The notes below the pieces were generated by a model. That model did not search any database. It worked only from the letters and a program-made list of their open reading frames with translations, and had not been told where the DNA came from. Shown piece after piece: positions 45,241-55,107 of a DNA stretch of 64,000 nt. Each line of letters starts with the position of its first letter. The first letter of the stretch is position 1. This DNA is from Setoptus koraiensis (lineage: Eukaryota; Animalia; Arthropoda), in assembly GCA_048013815.1 (NCBI GenBank), contig CM106585.1, positions 11,594,001 to 11,658,000 of the forward strand, given 5' to 3'. The position numbers and the translations under genes were made by a program.

Positions 45241-45525
45241 TCAATCGCGGCTTTCTTTCTTCACTTTATAGGTTTTGACCTCTGCGTGCTTCTTTGCTTC
45301 GTTCTTGACTTTTGGTTTGATGAGCATCCTACTTTTTGAGTTTTTCTTTTTGTTCAATCTTTTATATGGGTCGTTGAAAACTATATCATCTGAGGCCAGA
45401 TCAAATTTGTTGAAAATGACTCTATCTTGTTTGTGAAAAGGAGCGAGCAATTCGGTTATGTAAGCGTCTTTTTCCTTCAGTCTAGCCATGATGTCTGACG
45501 AGGACGGTTTGCTGTTGGTAGCCAT
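45241..45525 (-). CDS. Second SURF6-like ORF (94 aa), N-terminal part only; truncated paralogue or pseudogene
   Basis: RLKEKDAYITELLAPFHKQDRVIFNKFDLASDDIVFNDPY aligns with KIKDANVVLAPFSEKEKIIFNQIDSIPDDPKFIDPL of the 40476..40940 ORF. KDAY recalls the N-terminus of vertebrate SURF6. The ORF stops before the SURF6 domain. Confidence 0.55.
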   Translation of the reverse strand: MATNSKPSSSDIMARLKEKDAYITELLAPFHKQDRVIFNKFDLASDDIVFNDPYKRLNKKKNSKSRMLIKPKVKNEAKKHAEVKTYKVKKESRD

Positions 45526-46102
45526 GATAGTCGATGAGGTTAGAATTGCAAACTATCTTTACTAATATTTAAAGGTACGCTGAGGTCCACTCACAAATGC
45601 GAACGTTATCCAAATGGTCACGTTTTCATCCTTCAACTTGTTTATTCGGCGGCGATTTTAAAATCGTAAGAGTTTTCCCCTCCCACTTCACAACATTTTC
45701 TCCCTGGGGAGAAAGGAGATCGTGTGGGAGCTGTAGTGTACCTGCATCATTGGGCGAAAATGCAAGTGGCTAGAGAGTGGAAACGACCACACCAAACTAT
45801 TTTGGAATTCCATTACATGGTACATGCATTAACTTTCGCACCTGGGTGAACCCTACTGTATCATCAATAACAGAACGTCCCGTTGCGTCATACTGCTATT
45901 CATGCAATCAACGCCTGAATTGATTCATTTCAGATAACTTCGGAGGAGGAAGTGCAAATTCCAGCGATGCCAATGAATTTGCATTGATTATACACTATTC
46001 CTTTGCGACATATTTATTCCGGCCGATGCCATAATCAAATCGAAAACTATATAATATTGACGAATATCCACTAAGTGGTCTCCATATCCTAACCGACTAA
46101 AC

Positions 46103-46965
46103 ATGGCACACACGATCTACCTGTTGTTGTTGATAATTGTTCCGCCAATGATATCCAGCTCAGGTAAATATGATGATAAGCACGACTCGGTCAGTATAAC
46201 TAGACTGACACCATGAGTTAAATAGTAAAACAATATAGTTTCCCATACAAATTTCTCCGCATTTCCTCGCTATCTAACATCAATCAGTGTTCGCCATAAA
46301 ATGCTGGACCTGCCAATCAAATGTGGACCCTAAATGCGCTGATCCATTCGACAATACCACTCTGCCCATCACAGATTGTGACGCCTATCCTAGAGATGAT
46401 TTAGGTATGGGTCTTATTGTATATTTCTGGCACATTTTCCACCTTCATCCAGTCGGTCGCCACTAACCTACTCTACTACTATCATTTGTTTTTTACCGAT
46501 AATAGGATTCCAAGACGCTTATGAAGCGGTCCAAGGCAAAGAACATTTCTCCAGGACTTCGGAGCACCTGAGAATCTCTCGGAAGCCAATGTTCTGCAGA
46601 AAGATCAGACAAAAGGTCAAGGGAAACTGGAGAACGATAAGAGACTGCGCCTATCTTGGTGACATTCGAGAAAACAATGGCGACGAAAACAATTGTGTCA
46701 TGAGACAAGGTAAACTTCTCAAGTGACTCCATGCAATTCTATTCATTACCTCTATCTGTGCGCATATTTTAACCAATGTTTTTCATTACTTTTACTCTAA
46801 TTGATTCATGCAGGAATTCATGACACATTTATGGAAAGTTGTCTGTGCAGAAGTAAGGATCTTTGCAACTCCGGACCCATCATCAGTCCATACAACTGTA
46901 TGACACTAACCATCGTGTTACTTGTGGCGTTCGGGTCAATCAAAAATTTCTTAATCGATCATTAA
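46103..46965 (+). CDS. crok: Crooked-like Ly6/three-finger GPI-anchored protein; join(46103..46163,46288..46404,46506..46709,46814..46965), 177 aa
   Basis: Not in the ORF track; built by hand. Signal peptide MAHTIYLLLLIIVPPMISSSVFA, then IKCWTCQSNVDPKCADPFDNTTLPITDC...FCRKIRQKVKGNWRTIRDCAYLG...CVMRQGIHDTFMESCLCRSKDLCNS and a hydrophobic GPI-signal tail. The cysteine spacing and CRKIRQKV..W motif match the Drosophila crooked family. All three introns are GT-AG phase 1 and in frame. Confidence 0.88.
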
Positions 46966-47003
46966 TATAAATAATAATATGCATCAAGATTGGAATGCAA
47001 TTA

Positions 47004-47469
47004 TTACGTGAGCTGCATCTTTGTGAAGCAGTCTATTGCCGAGTTTATGGCCACTGGGCCAACTTTGATATTTTTAGGTGGCCTCCTAACTTGATTTATA
47101 TTGGCTAACTTCTTATCTAGGATAGCTGTGTGGGCCTATCGACGAATCCAGACGAAATGCGTAATGTTTTTAGGGATGATGAGAATTTTTGAAAATTTTG
47201 AATTAGATATCGAATTACTTCGTCGCGAGTGAGAATGTTTTAGTTGTTCAGTATTCGTACAATCGTCTAGTATCAGATAGACGTACCTTGGCTTTCTTGT
47301 TTGATTTTTTGCCACCAGCCCTCAGGTGTCTCCTGTTGATTTTCTCCTCCAATTTCTTTGCTAGTTCTCTTTGAGCTCTTCCTTTCTTGAACACTTCCTC
47401 TACTTGTTTCTTCCTAATCTGTTTTGGTTTCTTAAATTTGTTGTTTTTGTGTTTAGCTCCCTTACCCAT
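47004..47469 (-). CDS. Small Lys/Arg-rich protein (104 aa), probably nucleolar, weakly RBIS/C8orf59-like; complement(join(47287..47469,47004..47135))
   Basis: ORF MGKGAKHKNNKFKKPKQ... has donor AAG|GTACGT at 47286. Acceptor GATAG at 47136 continues in frame as AHTAILDKKLANINQVRRPPKNIKVGPVAINSAIDCFTKMQLT*. The family resemblance is from memory and weak. Confidence 0.55.
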
Positions 47470-47751
47470 TTTATCAATTGTAAAATTTATTATATACTAC
47501 TAATGGACAATTGTAGCTTCAAGCCGAAATATTAATATAACTAAATGAGTTTAAGACAACATCTACGATACTTCCATGTGGCACATTTAATGGCACGTTT
47601 TTTTTTGAAGGCACACGATGTTTTCCAATCATGTGTTCATGTTTAGTGCAGCGTTGACTGAACTCACGCGTTGCTACTGAAGAGTTGGCGAATCAATATG
47701 AAATCCCGAATATCCTCCATCTAAAATAAGGTAATCTGTACTCATCCGATG
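47467..47751. promoter_or_regulatory. Bidirectional promoter/5' UTR between the small basic-protein gene (-) and mRpL4 (+); copy B
   Basis: About 280-bp head-to-head spacer. Shares colinear motifs with 40938..41188. Confidence 0.7.
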
Positions 47752-48525
47752 TCTACAATTTTCTTGACACACATCAGGAGTTGCTCCACAGTTGTGGGTC
47801 AGCGACAACTCAAATTTACACATTTATTCAACCCCAAACTAACGCCACCCAAACAAGCATGGGTTGAGGAGTTCAGCTTGAACCAGAAAGAAAAGGTTGG
47901 AATTGTAGACCTTCATCCATGCATTTTTGGCGTCTATCCAAGGCCTGACCGGGTTTCCGAGGTCATAAATTGGCAGAAAGAATATCGCAAGATCAACTTT
48001 ATCTCAATGCCAACTAGAAATGAATTACCTGGTGGAACTAAGAGGCCGTGGCCGCAGAAGGGAACTGGACGAGCTCGTCACAAGAGCGTCAATTCCCCTC
48101 TTTGGTACAAAGGAGGTTGGGCTAGAGGGCCGAGAGGACCGGAAACTAATTTTAGAATGTTAGCAAATCACAGACTCACTAATGCTATGGCATCGATGTT
48201 GACAATCAAATTGGCACAAGACGACCTTGTTATTGTAAGATCAATCAAAGATTTCGAGTCACAAGATGAAAAACGTCTCGAGGAACTGATCGAGGATAGA
48301 AATTGGGGCCCAAGCGTTCTCATAGTAGACAAATGTGATATATTTCCGGAAAACATCTCCGTTGCATCAGAGAATATAAGGCACATCAATCTTATGCCAA
48401 CATTCGGACTGAATGTATTATCTATGGCAAAACATGAAAAACTCATATTAACGTTAGATGCTTTGGAGGACATAGAAGACAAGCTACTCTTCCAATTGAT
48501 GAGAGTCAATCTGAATGAGAGATGA
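47749..48525 (+). CDS. mRpL4: Mitochondrial large ribosomal subunit protein uL4m, intronless
   Basis: QAWVEE...VGIVDLHPCIFGVYPRPD, the L4 loop signature TRNELPGGTKRPWPQKGTGRARH...SPLWYKGGWARGPRGP, LTIKLAQDDL and GLNVLSMAKHEKLILT. Confidence 0.95.
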   Translation: MSTIFLTHIRSCSTVVGQRQLKFTHLFNPKLTPPKQAWVEEFSLNQKEKVGIVDLHPCIFGVYPRPDRVSEVINWQKEYRKINFISMPTRNELPGGTKRPWPQKGTGRARHKSVNSPLWYKGGWARGPRGPETNFRMLANHRLTNAMASMLTIKLAQDDLVIVRSIKDFESQDEKRLEELIEDRNWGPSVLIVDKCDIFPENISVASENIRHINLMPTFGLNVLSMAKHEKLILTLDALEDIEDKLLFQLMRVNLNER

Positions 48526-48696
48526 AGGAAGCTGTAGTAAGATATATAGATTAGTTATTCTTTTTTTACCTAATATCTATACTCCATAACATCGAACAAG
48601 CTGCAGCGAAAATGTCTCTAGAAATACAGTTGTGTGGTTCTTCAATAGATCATACACACACAGTATACATATTACACAAGATAGTATCAATCTCAA

Positions 48697-49169
48697 TTAG
48701 TGTGCGTTTGCAGCCTCCCATTCCTCTTTCTCTTTCATCTCTTGATTAATCTGCTCTAAGTAGGGCTGCAAATATCTCCCTTTGGTCATGTCCTCCTCGT
48801 AAGTGACCCATTGATCTTCGGGTAAGATATCTTTTTGGATTTTCAGTTGTGTAGCTCTTATACCACGATAGCAGCGTTCATCATGAAGCTCCGGTTGGTC
48901 AATCATGAGGCGTCTGTAGGCCTCTGCAACTAATGGTTTGATAGTGTTGTTGCATCCTCCAATAAGATCATCGTGGTAAAGACCGTACTTGTTGTAGGCG
49001 TTCTGCTTGAATATCAATCTGCTGAAATATTCAGAGTCTAAAAAGAGGAAAAAATTCGAAAAAATGATGTTAAAATATCAAGGACAAGGTTGGAGGACAA
49101 TCCATGTTGCTGCTGGTGTAGATACAATTACTTACTCTTAGCCAATAAGCGGGGTATGAGATAGGCCAT
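48697..49169 (-). CDS. UQCRB: Cytochrome b-c1 complex subunit 7; complement(join(49136..49169,48697..49037)), 124 aa
   Basis: AYNKYGLYHDDL, ERCYRGIRATQL...ILPEDQWVTYEED and YLQPYLEQI...EKEEW. A short first exon (MAYLIPRLLAK) is joined by a 98-nt GTAAGT...TTTTTAG intron. Confidence 0.92.
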
Positions 49170-49371
49170 CTTAAATTTGTAGCTCTTTCCAAATTAAAAT
49201 TTGATGTGCCTGAGGATGATTCTCTATTAATTAAATGAATACAATGTAATGGTTATTCTCCGATTTTTGAAATCTTTTATAGAGATTAGTGCTTGTCGTA
49301 CAATAACAATGTGCGAGTTTTTGTGCCCTCAGTCTGTGCCAGAAATCTGTGCTGTGCTTTGCTCTGCAGCT

Positions 49372-49871
49372 NNNNNNNNNNNNNNNNNNNNNNNNNNNNN
49401 NNNNNNNNNNNNNNNNNNNNNNNNNNNNNNNNNNNNNNNNNNNNNNNNNNNNNNNNNNNNNNNNNNNNNNNNNNNNNNNNNNNNNNNNNNNNNNNNNNNN
49501 NNNNNNNNNNNNNNNNNNNNNNNNNNNNNNNNNNNNNNNNNNNNNNNNNNNNNNNNNNNNNNNNNNNNNNNNNNNNNNNNNNNNNNNNNNNNNNNNNNNN
49601 NNNNNNNNNNNNNNNNNNNNNNNNNNNNNNNNNNNNNNNNNNNNNNNNNNNNNNNNNNNNNNNNNNNNNNNNNNNNNNNNNNNNNNNNNNNNNNNNNNNN
49701 NNNNNNNNNNNNNNNNNNNNNNNNNNNNNNNNNNNNNNNNNNNNNNNNNNNNNNNNNNNNNNNNNNNNNNNNNNNNNNNNNNNNNNNNNNNNNNNNNNNN
49801 NNNNNNNNNNNNNNNNNNNNNNNNNNNNNNNNNNNNNNNNNNNNNNNNNNNNNNNNNNNNNNNNNNNNNNN
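49372..49871. other. Assembly gap of exactly 500 N
   Basis: Run of N. The round length indicates a scaffolding placeholder, so true distance and adjacency across it are unverified. Confidence 0.98.
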
Positions 49872-50028
49872 TCGGCTTATCCTGCAGTCCTGCGGAGCCT
49901 CAATAAACTAACCCAATAACGAGTGGGTTAGCTATTGGTTAGCATCAATTTAATGGCTCGGTTACTAGAAAAAAATTGTTTATTTATAATGGTTAGTAAT
50001 TGCCAGCGGGCAGTGCACAACATTCAAC

Positions 50029-52979
50029 ATGCTGCTATGGATGCTTTACTTGATCGCCAATATCCTCGCTCAACCGGCCGAGGCCAACAACGACGCAAAG
50101 CGTCTCTACGAGGACCTAATGACGTCATACAATAGATTCGTGCGGCCAGTTGGAAACAATAGCGATGTTCTGGTGCTTAAAATGGGCATCAAATTGTCCC
50201 AGCTAATCGATGTGGTCAGTAGGCAAATTTTGCAATTACCAATTCACTTATCTAACTTTACCGGGCTCAACATTAACCATTTGCATGCCCAACACACAGA
50301 ATCTCCGCTATCAAATGATGACCACCATTGTCTGGGTGGAACAAGAGTGGACAGATTACAAGCTCAAGTGGGACCCAGATGAGTATGGCGGTCTAACCAA
50401 GGTGAGTTCATCTTTTCCGTTGTTATCACTATTATCTTGCATCAATAGTTGTTCGACCATATTGTAATAGTATCTTCACGCCTATTGGTTTATGTTTTGT
50501 TTTGATGCGGTGTATGCGTAGCTCCATGTACCCGCCGACAATATCTGGTTGCCTGATTTGGTGTTGTACAATAAGTAAGTTGATTATTGCGTAACTATTT
50601 CATTTTCGATTAATCAATTCAACATTCAATCCACACACATCATCAATTAATCATCAACGCACCTTTTTGTCATACACGTAGTGCCGATGGTCAGTACGAG
50701 GTCACTATTCTAACTAAGGCTACTTTGCATCATGACGGGCGCGTCATTTGGAAACCCCCGGCAGTTTACAAAAGCTCTTGCCACATTGATGTATCGTATT
50801 TTCCCTTCGATCAGCAGAATTGCATACTCAAATTCGGGTAAGTAATAAGCGATATTCTATAGCTTCATCTGATAAAACAGTTGTATATTATTATATCATA
50901 TGTGTTTTGTCTAACTGAATGTAATCGTAGCACTTGGACATGGACAGGCAACCAGGTAGGTGAACTAAACTCCGATTTGATTTGTTGGTCAATTTCATTT
51001 GTCGTTTTAGAGAAAGTTTTTAATAGTAGTCGGATTGTTTTTATTCCGATTCACCTCCTCATATGTGGTGTTAAAACAATCCAAACGACGTGACACAGAT
51101 CGATCTACGACACATCAACCAACCCGACACAAATTCATCTAACTACTCCGATGTCATCGAAATTGGCATAGATCTAAGTGAGTTTCTATTGAGCGTCGAA
51201 TGGGATGTCATGGCGGTGCCAGCCACCAGAAAAGAGAAGTCCTACACTTGTTGCTTGGGTGCATTTACAGGTGAGTTCATGATTAGCAATCAAGCATTTT
51301 TTATCGATCACTTGTCATTTGTGAAGCCCTTAAGTTCGACCATGAATTGACTCTTAAATTATCATCTCGAATATTGTGTTATCTAATCGTATTGTTGGGA
51401 TGGAAACTCGCGTCATCAATCAGACATAACTTTCAATATATTATTGAGGAGGAAAACTCTTTTCTACACGGTCAATCTCATTATACCGTGCATCGTCATG
51501 TCCTTACTATCTATTCTGGTGTTCTATCTCCCATCTGACAGTAACGAGAAGGTGAGTTGTGTATAATGAAAAGTTTTACGTGTCACCGTCTAGCAACATC
51601 TCAACTCATTTGCACGAGCTAATACAATCAATTCACTAATTGCATCATTATTCCATCTCATCCTTTGTATATCATTCGAACAACATAATATGACAGATCT
51701 CGCTGAGTATTTCTATTGTGGTCTCGGTTGACGTGTTTCTTTTGTGTCTTATTGAGATCATACCGCCTACCTCATTTACTGTGCCTTTGCTTGGCCAGTA
51801 TTTACTATTCACGTTATTCTTGGTTACACTATCGGTGGGCGCAACAATATTTGTTCTCAATATAAGCTTTCGGACCTCTTCCACGCACAAAATGTCACGA
51901 TTCGAAAGGTGGTTTTATATGAAGGTACTGCCAATTATATCGTTGATGGGCCAGAGGGACAACGATCAAAAAATCGAAGAGATGAGCTCGATGAAGCTGA
52001 AAACATGCGACCAATGTCACAAGGGTGGCCGTACTAACTCTTTGGCCAGACGCCATAGGCACCACCGTCACGAAAATCACCAGCAACAGCAATTGAAATT
52101 AGTTAGATGCACCAATTGTCATACGTTAAGAGACAATCATCGGCAATCCAACAGGCATGATTATTTTTCTAATAGGCCGCAACAGCAAATATTGAGAAAC
52201 AACACTGATGCCGAAGATGAGGGCTACCACGAGGCCACTTGGAATCAATCAGACAATCACAATTGGCAAACAAAGCCCAGTCTTAGTAGTAGTACTAATA
52301 ATTTTATATGCCGTTGTTATGATTCACAACACAATAGTTGCCACAACAACGGCCATCGTCAATCTTCGACAAACAACCGGACCCCTTTGTACAGAAACAC
52401 TTGTCAATTGATTTGTGATTTGCCACTGAAGTGTCCCTGTGAAAGATGTGACACTAATCACGAAGTTTGTTGTGGTCAAATGAGAAAGGATATGCGCAGA
52501 AAAGACGATCGATATCGCGAGTCGAGCGCCGAGCCTCAGATTGAAACTATTTTAGAATGCGATCATGACAACTATCCTACAGAGGAGATATCATTGTGCG
52601 GCCATCAAACAGAAGTGGCCAATGCCTTTTTGAGTCTGGATTTTGTTGCGAAGCGCATGGAAAATAGAGAAAACTATAACAAGGTACGAAAATTAAACAA
52701 TCCAATCTCAATATCTTAATCAATTTCAATTCAAAACTTACTATTATTTATCTTTCTCATTCTTTTCAATCCCTTCATCATGCTCAGGTGGAAGAGCACT
52801 GGAGATATGTTGCCACTATGATTGATCGTTTCTTCCTAATGGTATTTAGTGTAGTTTGTGTCGCTGGCACAGCATTTCTAGTTTTCCAGGCCCCTGGTCT
52901 CTACGACACCAATCAACCTATTGATACAAAACTAAGCAAGATGGGCCCAAAAATCAGGCCTCAGATTTTTCTCTCATAA
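50029..52979 (+). CDS. Nicotinic acetylcholine receptor alpha subunit, divergent; join(50029..50214,50300..50401,50522..50574,50682..50837,50931..50955,51099..51270,51424..51551,51697..52683,52788..52979), 666 aa
   Basis: Signal peptide, [10 protein letters not shown]...RPVGNNSD...KLSQLIDV, loop [14 protein letters not shown], Cys-loop [15 protein letters not shown], vicinal cysteines in loop C (YTCC), [15 protein letters not shown] (M1), [17 protein letters not shown] (M2), EIIPPTS-VPLLG (M2-M3) and W-YVA-IDR (M4). Eight GT-AG introns join in frame (2001 nt). Subtype not resolvable by eye. Confidence 0.93.
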
Positions 52980-53997
52980 CATAACGATTTCCGTTGTCCC
53001 CTTCCTCTACAATAAATGTCTAATCATGACGCTCAGCTTTTTTCTCAAATGGTTAGATGAAATTTCCATTTCGAATGTCGTATTTGAGATTCTTTTTTTT
53101 TGACCATGTATTGTAAAACATAAATAATTCAGCTCGATACCTGTTTGATGTGGATCAATATAGAGCAGTACCATTGTCCAATAGTAAGGTCTAATAGTCG
53201 AAATCAGTGACTACTAAAATAACGAATTGTTCGAAACAATCAAAGATCATAAAAATGAACTGACCAAATAACAAACGCATTGAATGATAGTGTTTTCAAT
53301 CAACGAATCGGCAAGTAGTTACAACGTTTTATGGCTGGTAGACATGTAGAATACCAATATCGAATTCAAATGAAACTATTGTCTCGGTGTGTAAAACCAA
53401 ACCGTTCGTTGCATTATGCAAACGTATTGCTGTTCTAAATAAATAATAATAGTTATTGTTGTTGGTGTTGTTGTTATGCAACCGTAATATGTTTTTATGC
53501 TGGTGACTATGATATATGGTTTGTGATATTTTATTAGAGGGTATCCGGGCCTAATCTCAAGAGTATCATGATATCAGAATTTATTTATTTACTATATTAT
53601 ACTGCCAAGGTTCGAAGGGCTTGTGACGGCTAGCAGTTAGCATGAGGCAGGTAGAAAGCAGACCTTTTCCAGCAGTCCTGCTGGCGCTCTCTGCTTGCAT
53701 GATTCGAGTGGCAGCTGATTCCATGGTGCAATGATTCCCGAACAAGCCACCGAATCACACCTTCATATTCTCTAGTTATTGGAGCCTGATCAGTTAATTA
53801 GGGTAGAAAGACTCTTCTATTGTTGTCAGTTTAACTTTTTTTCACCTCATGATTGAATCTACTTGTACCTTACTCAGACCTTCTTAATTTAATATTTCAA
53901 TAGAGTTCATTTGATCACTGTGAGTAGTCTGATACCTGTCTGAAGGCTCATTTAATACTATCCCAATAGTTTTTGCAAGATAAATTATTACATCAGT

Positions 53998-55107
53998 ATG
54001 GAACAGGTGGTTAAGTCGGAAGATTCAGAACTGTCCCAAGATTGTACAAATGGAGCACAACCAAGCAAGCACGGCAACATCCTGCCAGTTTATTGCAACG
54101 AGCGAACTATGTCGCTCAATCCCTTAATTCATACAAACATAATACAGTCACCCTATTTCAAGTCATTGTATGAATTGAAGACCTACCATGAAGTCATCGA
54201 TGAAATCTACAACAAAGTTCAACACTTGGAACCATGGGAAAGGGGTTCCAGAAGACCCGAGTCTGGCAATAGAAGTGTGTCCGTTCGTGGAGTTGCTGCA
54301 GGTGGGATAGTATCTTCAGCGTTCTGTTTATTGTATAAATTATTCACACTAAAACTCACCAAGAAACAGTTGCACGGTCTTCTGAAACACCCGGATTCAC
54401 CATATATTAGAGGTCTGGGATTTCTATACATTCGATACACGATTCCACCCAAAGACTTTTGGGAGTGGTTCGAACCATATCTAGAGGATCAAGAGAAACT
54501 AGATTTAAAGGCCGGTGGTGGACAAGACACCAAGATAGGTGAAATGTGCAGGCATTTGCTCACAAAACTCGATTGGTTCACTACTTTGTTTCCACGTATA
54601 CCAGTTCCTATGCAGAAAGAGATAGAGAGGCATTTACAAAATTACGATGATCAGCATCATAGAGAGGCCAGTAGGAATTCCGATCAATCAAATCACAAGA
54701 GATATGATGATAATCATAAGAAAAACCATCTAAGTAATCAAGGTCATGGACACAGGTATGACAATGATAGGCATCGAGCAACCTCAGAGGATTCAAGACA
54801 CGCGTATCGAGATGGTAGTCCAAGAAATCGGTCTAATGACTCTCACAGGGGACACCACGATCGAGATAGTGTAAGGGCAAAGACAAGAGATTATTCACGA
54901 GAGAGGAAATATGACCAACATGATCGTGGAAACTACGGATCCGGTGATAGTTGGCGAAATCGTGATAATCATCGTGACAATGGTAGGAGGCATCATGATC
55001 ATCAAGGACAACATTCTCGTAGCCATCACCACGAGTCATCAAGACATTCGGCCAGGGGTTACAGGTCACATCGCAGCAGATCTAGATCGCCTAGGGAGAG
55101 ACGATAG
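53998..55107 (+). CDS. PRPF38B: Pre-mRNA-splicing factor 38B, intronless
   Basis: LNPLIHTNIIQSPYFK.LYELKTYHEVIDEIY.KVQHLEPW, RGVAAGGIVSSAFCLLYKLFTLKLT, DSPYIRGLGFLYIRY and WFTTLFPRIPVP, followed by an RD/RS-rich tail. Confidence 0.95.
   Translation: MEQVVKSEDSELSQDCTNGAQPSKHGNILPVYCNERTMSLNPLIHTNIIQSPYFKSLYELKTYHEVIDEIYNKVQHLEPWERGSRRPESGNRSVSVRGVAAGGIVSSAFCLLYKLFTLKLTKKQLHGLLKHPDSPYIRGLGFLYIRYTIPPKDFWEWFEPYLEDQEKLDLKAGGGQDTKIGEMCRHLLTKLDWFTTLFPRIPVPMQKEIERHLQNYDDQHHREASRNSDQSNHKRYDDNHKKNHLSNQGHGHRYDNDRHRATSEDSRHAYRDGSPRNRSNDSHRGHHDRDSVRAKTRDYSRERKYDQHDRGNYGSGDSWRNRDNHRDNGRRHHDHQGQHSRSHHHESSRHSARGYRSHRSRSRSPRERR

Noticed and set aside
40476-45525. The two SURF6-like ORFs as exons of one gene with nested genes in its intron
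   Set aside because: They contain the same homologous 40-aa block, so they are duplicates, and I found no strong frame-compatible donor in the upstream ORF.
45680-45730. Compound hairpin (CTCCCAC/GTGGGAG enclosing TTTCTCCC/GGGAGAAA)
   Set aside because: The pairing is real but matches no RNA family I recognise; it may be promoter or UTR sequence between the SURF6-like ORF and crok.
49249-49919. ORFs spanning the N run
   Set aside because: Artefacts of the 500-N gap.
53699-53789. Possible box C/D snoRNA (ATGATT...CTGA...ATGATT...CTGA) upstream of PRPF38B
   Set aside because: Both C boxes are imperfect, there is no terminal stem, and I recognised no rRNA/snRNA guide. An Infernal/snoscan hit would be needed.
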